DNA of 64,000 nt, taken from an uncultured Acidobacteriota bacterium (GTDB lineage: Bacteria; Acidobacteriota; Terriglobia; Acidiferrales; UBA7541). Both the position numbers and the translations under genes were made by a program. Positions 56,262-62,481 of this stretch are shown here, in pieces. The notes beneath the pieces were generated by a model. That model did not search any database, was not told the origin of the DNA, and saw only the letters and a list, made by a program, of their open reading frames with translations. Location: NCBI GenBank assembly GCA_963780035.1, contig CAWAAG010000024.1, positions 96,290-160,289 on the forward strand, in the 5' to 3' direction. Position 1 is the stretch's first letter. Every line of letters starts with the position of its first letter.

Positions 56262-56486
56262 CTTTCTCGGCCACGCCCGTGCGCCCTGACAATCAGTGGC
56301 GGCGCCGTAGTGGTCCTCACTCACCACAAGCGTGGCGTGCGGCAGCGGCGGCGCGGAAATCGGCTGCCTGTAGCTCGAAGGGCGGGAAAGTCACCGCTCC
56401 TCCGTTCGCAATTTCCGCGTCGCTGCGTTCACGCTTCCACTTGTGGTCCTTGGGCCGGCCATTGTGCGCAACGAGATTTGTATTTT

Positions 56487-56515
56487 GTAGGGGCGGGTCT
56501 GAGACCCGCCCCTAC
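56487..56515. repeat. REP-A palindrome (copy 3)
   Basis: gtaggggcgggtctgagacccgcccctac. Intergenic. Confidence 0.85.
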
Positions 56516-56550
56516 GGTCCCCTGCGCGATTCTGCGGCATTTGAGCTGTC

Positions 56551-56883
56551 CTAGCCCTCCTCATCCAGCACGAGCTCGATCTCGCTGGTCTCTTTGTTCC
56601 CGCCGCCCGCGTCGTCGCTCGGCGCGACGAAACCGGTCTGTCGCGGCGTGCGCGGCGTCAAGGGCCAGGCGATCTTCTGCATCTCCACCAGCGTGTGGCT
56701 GGTCATGCTGACGTACCGCGAGCATTCCCGGACGGCAAACGTGACCCGCCGCTCCGGGTAGGTCGCCTGGCACACCACCAGCAATTCGCTCTCGCGGAAG
56801 CCGCGAGCGATGTGCGCCTGCGTGCAACTCTCGCACAACGACGGCCCCTGCACCGGCGTCCCGCCTTTTACCTTCACTCCCAC
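56551..56883 (-). CDS. Small hypothetical protein with four cysteines (CxxC...C...C)
   Basis: 110 aa, MGVKVKGGTPVQGPSLCESCTQAHIARGF...VVCQ...RECSRYV. Acidic tail. Normal composition, no domain recognised. Confidence 0.5.
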   Translation of the reverse strand: MGVKVKGGTPVQGPSLCESCTQAHIARGFRESELLVVCQATYPERRVTFAVRECSRYVSMTSHTLVEMQKIAWPLTPRTPRQTGFVAPSDDAGGGNKETSEIELVLDEEG

Positions 56884-56912
56884 CCCCGTTCTCCTCTCAA
56901 ATCCACGCCTTT

Positions 56913-56966
56913 GTCGTCATCCTGAGCGCAGCGAAGCCTGCCCGCCGCAGGCAGGGACCTCTCTTG
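56913..56966. repeat. REP-D-like element plus GC hairpin
   Basis: gtcgtcatcctgagcgcagcgaagcctgcccgccgcaggcagggacctctcttg, immediately upstream of the 56551-56883 gene. Confidence 0.65.
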
Positions 56967-57317
56967 CGTTTTCTTCCAAGCCCGCCCAGGCGTAGGCCCG
57001 CCGGGCAGGGCAGCGCAGCGCCCGCAAACAATTACACCCACCCATCCTTGAGTTTTTAGGGCCAACGACTGCGATCGCGGGAAACGTTACGAGGAGGGAC
57101 TAAAGCCCATTCGGCCACAATCCCAGCCCGGCGCCACCGCCGTCAGCCCCAACGTCGAATTGTGTATGTGCATCACCATGCCGAATGTTCTCCAGCATCG
57201 CCAATGTAAGCCACCACAATCAATCCAATCAACTCAAATCCCCCGGACGGCGAAAATCCACACCCAAACGGTGCGCACGCCAGGCCGAAACGCGAATTAC
57301 CGCTCCTGAAAACGCCA

Positions 57318-57348
57318 TTGCGCGCAAGCGAATACTACTGCTTATAAT
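57318..57348 (+). promoter_or_regulatory. Possible sigma70-like promoter upstream of the AAA_13 ATPase gene
   Basis: ttgcgc-N19-tataat (perfect -10 at 57343-57348), with a second tataaa at 57359-57364, in an A/T-rich stretch ~95 nt upstream of the ATG. The spacer is longer than optimal. Confidence 0.25.
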
Positions 57349-57442
57349 AACGCACTGGTATAAATTAGCGGTGCTCGATCCGTGGGGGTGCGGCGGCACT
57401 TGCCAACGGCCCCTTCTCACCGAGTGTTAGGCGGAGCACCAG

Positions 57443-59752
57443 ATGATTGCAGGCATACAGCTTCTTCAAAGTATCGGGCAATTCGACCACGTCCCCGCGG
57501 GAGCGATCGATTTCGCCCGTTATGTACTTGTTTATGCCGAAAATGGGAGAGGCAAAACTACCCTTTCGGCCGTATTGAGATCGTTAGCGACCGCAGATCC
57601 CGTTCCGATAGTCGAGCGGTCACGACTCGGAGCGAATCGCCCGCCCAACGTCGTAGTGAATTGTCGAAGCGGCATAACGCCAGCGGTCTTCGCAAACGGC
57701 AATTGGAATCGCCAGTTCGCGGAGATAGCTGTCTTCGATGATGATTTTGTTGACCAGAACCTGTACTCCGGCGTGAACGTCGAGCTTGGCCACCGCCAAA
57801 AGCTTCATGATCTAATCTTGGGATCACGCGGTGTTGATCTTAATCGGAGACTTAGGGAACTTGTCGATCGGGTGGAGCAGCACAATGCTGAGCTGCGCGC
57901 CAGGGCGGCCGTCATCACCGACGCGATTCGTGGACCATTTTCGGTGGACGAGTTTTGCGCGTTGCCAAGGGCCGATGGCCTAGAGCAACAAATAGGTCAG
58001 CTGGAGCGGGAACTGGCCGCTGCGGAGCACGCCGCCACCATCCGAGGGGCACAAAGATTCTCGCCGTTGCGCCTACCTGCTTTCGATCTAGGGAATATTC
58101 GGCACATTTTAGCCACTACCTTGGCCGACTTGGACGTGGTGGCCGTCGAGCGCGTCCGACAACACTTCACGAACATTGGCCCTGAGGCAGAGACTTGGGT
58201 ACGTAGTGGCATGGGGCGCGTGAGCCACACGGCGGACGGTCACGAAGCGTGTCCATTTTGCGCGCAGGTTCTCGATGGATCGGAGCTATTGCGTCTCTAC
58301 CGGTCGTATTTTGGAGCCGAGTATGCTGGACTCAATAATTCCATTGCCGAGGCTTTGACCAACTTCGACCGCTCGTATCCCGAGACCGCTGGCGCGCAGC
58401 TGGAGCGGACGCTGCGAGTTGCCGGCGAACTACAGCACTTTTGGTCGCGCTTCATGGAGGTGCGACAGATAGAGTTCCAGACGGAGGACGCTATCAATGC
58501 GTGGGAGACGGTCAGGTCGGGCCTGCGGCGGCAACTTGTTGCGAAGATCGCCTCGCCGCTGTCTGCGATGGAGATCCCGAGAGAAGTGAATGAATCCTAC
58601 AACTCGCTGCAACCGTACTTCGCGCTAATAGCTGGCATCAATGAGTATCTTGAAGCAACGAACCTCCAAATTGTAGAAATGCAGCAGCGAGTTGGCGCGG
58701 AAGCCCTGGGAATTCTCCGTGACCGTCTCAGCCGTATTCAAGCAGCCCACAAGCGCAGGCAGCCATCGAACGTCGCCCTGTGCGATGCGTACATCGCCGA
58801 GAGAGACGCGAAGGAGACCACAGAACAGCTTCGAACTGGTGTGCGTGAGGAGCTTGAACAACATCGAATCGCTGAGTTCCCGTTGTACGAAAATTCGATC
58901 AACGGCTACCTCCAAAGGTTTAACGCTGGCTTTCGGTTGGGCAATGTGGAACCGATAGACAATCGCGGTGGTGCAGCGTGTAACTACCAGATAATGATTC
59001 GCGAATGGCCGGTTCGTGTGGCAGGTGGGAATCCCGTACCTGGGGAGCCAAGTTTTAAAAGCACTCTCAGCGCTGGGGATCGGACGACCCTCGCTTTCGC
59101 GTTCTACTTATCTTCTCTCGACCGAGATCCGGCACCTGCGTCTAGAATCGCGGTGATTGACGACCCGATAGCCAGTTTGGACGAACACCGCGCGATGTCG
59201 ACTGTACAGGAAATTCAAAGGCTGGGCCGACGATTGGCCCAGGTGATCGTCCTTTCTCACGACAAGCCATTCCTTCTTCGAATCTGGACCCATCTAGCAG
59301 GCGAAAATCCCACTACGGTGAGAATCGACCGAGACGGTGATGGCTCCTCAATAGCACCTTGGGACGCTCAGAGCGACTTGCTCAGCGATCATGCGCGTAA
59401 CCACGCCCTAGTTCGATCGTACGTAGCGAACGGTCCACGCAATAACGGACGCGACGTTGCCATTGCGCTACGATTGATACTCGAAGGCTTCCTGCGGTCA
59501 GCATATCCGGGCGAATACCCACCAGGGCCGGGCGCCATGGGCGGCTTTCGCGAGATTTGCAGACAACGAGTCGATGGCGATCGAGGGGTCCTTTCCCGAG
59601 ACGATCTCGACGAACTCGATTTGTTACTTCAGTACGCGAATCAATTTCATCACGACACCAATCCTGGGTGGCAACACGCCGCTGTAAACGATGCAGAGCT
59701 GAACGGATACGCCCAACGGGTTCTTAGATTCGCGGCTCGCCCGCGTGCGTGA
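57443..59752 (+). CDS. AAA_13-type ATPase with coiled-coil/CxxC insert and C-terminal PrrC-like anticodon-nuclease motifs (RloC-like candidate)
   Basis: 769 aa. GGAG lies 7 nt upstream of the ATG. Walker A ENGRGKTT (57542-57562), long helical insert with CPFC (58250-58261), LSAGDRTTL signature, Walker B IAVIDDP, C-terminal R677-x3-E681 ... H736/H737 (59471-59653). Assigned from motif memory, not from a search. Confidence 0.7.
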   Translation: MIAGIQLLQSIGQFDHVPAGAIDFARYVLVYAENGRGKTTLSAVLRSLATADPVPIVERSRLGANRPPNVVVNCRSGITPAVFANGNWNRQFAEIAVFDDDFVDQNLYSGVNVELGHRQKLHDLILGSRGVDLNRRLRELVDRVEQHNAELRARAAVITDAIRGPFSVDEFCALPRADGLEQQIGQLERELAAAEHAATIRGAQRFSPLRLPAFDLGNIRHILATTLADLDVVAVERVRQHFTNIGPEAETWVRSGMGRVSHTADGHEACPFCAQVLDGSELLRLYRSYFGAEYAGLNNSIAEALTNFDRSYPETAGAQLERTLRVAGELQHFWSRFMEVRQIEFQTEDAINAWETVRSGLRRQLVAKIASPLSAMEIPREVNESYNSLQPYFALIAGINEYLEATNLQIVEMQQRVGAEALGILRDRLSRIQAAHKRRQPSNVALCDAYIAERDAKETTEQLRTGVREELEQHRIAEFPLYENSINGYLQRFNAGFRLGNVEPIDNRGGAACNYQIMIREWPVRVAGGNPVPGEPSFKSTLSAGDRTTLAFAFYLSSLDRDPAPASRIAVIDDPIASLDEHRAMSTVQEIQRLGRRLAQVIVLSHDKPFLLRIWTHLAGENPTTVRIDRDGDGSSIAPWDAQSDLLSDHARNHALVRSYVANGPRNNGRDVAIALRLILEGFLRSAYPGEYPPGPGAMGGFREICRQRVDGDRGVLSRDDLDELDLLLQYANQFHHDTNPGWQHAAVNDAELNGYAQRVLRFAARPRA

Positions 59753-59766
59753 AGTCGCCGCCCTTT

Positions 59767-60153
59767 CTAGGCGCCGCTGTCTTCATATGCCTTCGTTCCA
59801 CGACCGCGGGCGTGTCTGCGAGACGTCTTGCGGGGGTGACGTTCCTCGGATAGCTCGGATAACACCACCGGTGCACGGTCGGGGAATTCGGCTACGATGC
59901 GCACTTCGCCGCCCATGGCCTTAACTGTCTTGCGGAGAGTGGAGAGCAATAGATCGCTGCGTTTTTCCAGGCGCGAGACGCTGTCCTGGGTGATTCCGAG
60001 AGTTTTGGCGACGCGGGTTTGCGTTAACTTGCGAGCCTTGCGGAGGTCGCGCAAGCTCATTTCCTCGGCAATGATCTCAGCCGCGCGGCCTTGCACTTTC
60101 TTGCGCTGGGCTGGACTTAGCTTGCGAATTATCTCGTTGACGTTTACGGGCAT
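59767..60153 (-). CDS. XRE-family HTH protein (HigA/Gp49-partner antitoxin-like), no adjacent toxin ORF
   Basis: 128 aa. aagggga lies upstream of the ATG. HTH (LRKARKLTQTRVAKTLGITQDSVSRLE), then LSTLRKTVKAMGGEVRIVAEFPD, the usual tail of XRE antitoxins paired with RelE/Gp49-type toxins. Basic disordered C-terminus. Confidence 0.8.
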   Translation of the reverse strand: MPVNVNEIIRKLSPAQRKKVQGRAAEIIAEEMSLRDLRKARKLTQTRVAKTLGITQDSVSRLEKRSDLLLSTLRKTVKAMGGEVRIVAEFPDRAPVVLSELSEERHPRKTSRRHARGRGTKAYEDSGA

Positions 60154-60317
60154 GGTTACGTCCCCTTAGCGATGCGGGCAAGAGTTTCCGCTTGAATTTG
60201 TCGGCCATCGCTACGGTCCGTGGCACGCTACTGATATGGCACAGAGTACATTACGGCGTCAGATCCATAAGAACGTGCGGGCTTTCGAACCGTCACCGAT
60301 TCTTCCCGAGCGAATGA

Positions 60318-60725
60318 TTACTGCCGTTTGACGTTTGCGCGCATCCACGCGGCGAAGGCGTCATCGTCCATCTTTCCCGCGGCGAGGCTGAGGACGATTT
60401 GTGCGGCGGCTTCTTCCGTGGCGTTGAAATGATAGCCATTGATTTCGAGAAACAGCACAGCGATGACGAAGCCTGTGCGCTTATTTCCGTCGAGAAAGGG
60501 GTGGTTACGGATAATGCCGATAGCATAGGCGGCAGCCATGTCCACGATGTCCGGGTTGTCTCCGTAAGCGTGGAGTTGCCGCGGCTTTGCCAACGCGGAT
60601 TGCAGCAGCGCATGATCACGAACGCCTTGGGGACCGCCCTCGAGAGCAAGAACGCGCTGATGAATCGCGAGGGCGTCCCGCTCGTCAATCCACACGGGAC
60701 TGCGGGGACGTCTACGTTTTGTCAC
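60318..60725 (-). CDS. doc: Type II toxin Doc (death-on-curing, Fic fold)
   Basis: 135 aa. Fic/Doc motif HPFLDGNKRTG. GTG start overlaps the antitoxin stop by 4 nt (GTGA). Confidence 0.9.
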   Translation of the reverse strand: MTKRRRPRSPVWIDERDALAIHQRVLALEGGPQGVRDHALLQSALAKPRQLHAYGDNPDIVDMAAAYAIGIIRNHPFLDGNKRTGFVIAVLFLEINGYHFNATEEAAAQIVLSLAAGKMDDDAFAAWMRANVKRQ

Positions 60726-60949
60726 TTGGAGAGCGCGTGCAGTGTGTTGCGATAGCGGCCGATGATTTCCTCGGCCTTTTCCATTTTCTTCTGGAATGCC
60801 GGATCGTAGGGGGTGAGCTGATAGGCGCCGTTCGGACCTTCGATAAGGAACAGGCGGTCGCCGTCATCCGCTTGCAGGCGATGCACGGCTTCCTTGGGGA
60901 GCACCACGCCGAGGGAATTGCCTATTTTGCGCACTTTGAGTTCGAGCAT
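60722..60949 (-). CDS. AbrB/MazE/SpoVT-family antitoxin (Phd-equivalent partner of Doc)
   Basis: 75 aa. MLELKVRKIGNSLGVVLPKEA swapped-hairpin motif. aagga RBS. Translationally coupled to doc. Confidence 0.85.
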   Translation of the reverse strand: MLELKVRKIGNSLGVVLPKEAVHRLQADDGDRLFLIEGPNGAYQLTPYDPAFQKKMEKAEEIIGRYRNTLHALSK

Positions 60950-60961
60950 GAGCTTCGTCCT

Positions 60962-60991
60962 TTGTTATAACAATTGTAGCAACTTTGTCTT
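60962..60991 (-). promoter_or_regulatory. Putative promoter/operator of the AbrB-doc operon
   Basis: On the minus strand: aagaca-N16-tataac, then aagga RBS and ATG. The perfect 12-nt palindrome ttgttataacaa (60962-60973) overlaps the -10, followed by caattg. This fits an autorepression operator. Confidence 0.4.
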
Positions 60992-61006
60992 GGAGGCGCA
61001 AGCGGC

Positions 61007-61090
61007 GGGTGGCCCACCCTTCTAGCGCAGGCAACCAACCGCCTCTTAGGTTTTGTGGGTGCCGCATCCCTTTGCGCAGTTTGCAAAGGG
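61007..61090. repeat. Two further palindromic elements (gggtggcccaccc; ccctttgc-N7-gcaaaggg)
   Basis: Perfect 13-nt palindrome at 61007-61019 and an 8-bp-stem hairpin at 61068-61090, in the spacer right of the AbrB-Doc operon. Confidence 0.65.
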
Positions 61091-61460
61091 CGCGTGGCAA
61101 GACGTCAAGACCAACCCCGTTTCCCAAAAGCCGTCGACCGTACCGTGCCCGCCCCCCCACCTATTCCCATTTTGGGACTGGTAATCATGCAGTAAACATG
61201 ATAAAATAGACCCGGGCCGCTTTTCCAGCCCACTGAGGACGCTACATGCACTCCGCCACAACGGCGACGGGCAGACCACACCCACCCTCACGGAAAACTC
61301 TACCCAAAAGCCGCCCCGCGCCCCTCACCGCACGCGCCCCGCATCACCCCGCCGCCCCAAATCCGCATGTAACACCCCAACTACAATGTTACATCCCCGC
61401 TCCCGCAGTCACTCGTTTACCCAGAGCGCGTTCTGCGAAGGGTCACTCATCACTTGTCAC

Positions 61461-61830
61461 TGTAAATCCAATCGCCAACCCGCGCGATTAGAATTCGCTA
61501 TATCTCCTACAAAACAAACACCCGCACCCCAATTCAATCGCCAACAAATTGCCACTTCCAGATTCACGACACACTCGTCACGCAACACCTGCGGGCCGCG
61601 AATCGCGGCGGCACTTCTCGATACAAATGGACGCTTGCGCTCGAACAATAATTCGCGCAACTCGTTCAAAACAAACCGTCGCGTCAATTCTTATTCGATA
61701 CAAACCGCAACGCTCGCTGCAAAGTACACCACTGCGGGGAGCGTTTCTAATCGACAATGGCAGATATTAGAAATCACCGTAAACCTCTCAAAACAAACGA
61801 TCGCACCCCGTTCTAATCGACACAAAAACG
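61461..61830. repeat. Tandem array of three degenerate ~60-65-nt hairpin-type repeats with interspersed half-sites
   Basis: Units at 61486-61548, 61647-61706 and 61766-61830 share (g)attagaa.tc...tc.caaaacaaac...cgc.c...ttc.aatcg.ca.caaa. In unit 3 the arms attagaa/ttctaat are exact reverse complements. Half-sites (ttct[ca][ag][at]tcga[tc]acaa.tgg) lie at 61614-61630 and 61744-61760, and a related one at 61465-61480. Confidence 0.75.
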
Positions 61831-61947
61831 CGTTGTTTGCATCCCGCTTGCCCAGAGGATCGCGCCGCGGTCCGAAGGGGATGAGGCAGCGGGACGCGAT
61901 ATTCAAATGCCAAAAATCAGGAGTGGCTCTTCAACCCGCCGCGAACG

Positions 61948-62481
61948 TTACTTACTCTCCGGCGGCGGGGTGGTGCGCACCCACCAGACTTGGCCGCTGT
62001 AGTCTGAGAAGCAGACGTGGGGGCCTGAGGCTTCCAGGACGCCTTTGGTGTGATCGAAGAACTCGGTTGTGGCTACCAGGTTTGCGGAGACGGCTTCGTC
62101 CCAGGGCTCGTATCTGGATTCTTCGGTGGTTTCGGCTTGCAGGATCTTTTCGATTTGCTTGCGGAGTTCTTCTTTGTCGAGTTTTTCTTTGCCGGCGTTG
62201 TAGCGGCGGATGCGGATGGTTTCGATGGGTGCGCCGATCAGGTCTGCGAGGGGGACGGGGTCGTCGAAGTTGCGATAGCCGTCTCGCGGCGGAGCGAAAG
62301 CGCTGCAGGTCTTGCCGAAGGGTTCGGCGGCGGTGAGGGAATTTTTTTCTGGCGGCGGTGATTTTTCGAGGTCGAGGACTATTTTCGGGTCTTTGGGTTT
62401 GGCCTGGGAGTGGCCGGGGCGGGCGACGAGGGCGGCGAGCGCGACGAGCGCGGCGAGTTTTTTGGGGCGGTTACGCGTCAT
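61948..62481 (-). CDS. Secreted hypothetical protein
   Basis: 177 aa. Signal peptide KKLAALVALAALVARPGHSQA, charged middle section. 11-nt overlap with the upstream AMP-binding gene suggests co-transcription. Confidence 0.5.
   Translation of the reverse strand: MTRNRPKKLAALVALAALVARPGHSQAKPKDPKIVLDLEKSPPPEKNSLTAAEPFGKTCSAFAPPRDGYRNFDDPVPLADLIGAPIETIRIRRYNAGKEKLDKEELRKQIEKILQAETTEESRYEPWDEAVSANLVATTEFFDHTKGVLEASGPHVCFSDYSGQVWWVRTTPPPESK

Noticed and set aside
60270-60295. tRNA T-arm-like string (reverse complement gacggttcgaaagcccgc) that might mark a tRNA fragment or att site for the islet.
   Set aside because: The flanks cannot form a 5-bp T-stem or an acceptor stem. No matching second copy was found at the other islet border, and no integrase is present.
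57070-60991. Prophage or integrative element interpretation of the accessory islet.
   Set aside because: There are no integrase, recombinase, phage structural or replication genes, and no flanking direct repeats. Only four small defence/TA-type genes are present.
61461-61830. Possible CRISPR array in the gene-free repeat field.
   Set aside because: The units are degenerate rather than near-identical and the spacing is irregular. The units are themselves internal hairpins of ~60 nt, and no cas genes are present in the window.
61386-62336. 316-aa plus-strand ORF spanning the repeat array.
   Set aside because: It has an extremely Arg/Ser/Cys-rich low-complexity translation, merely reads through the repeats, and overlaps the credible minus-strand secreted-protein gene 61948-62481.
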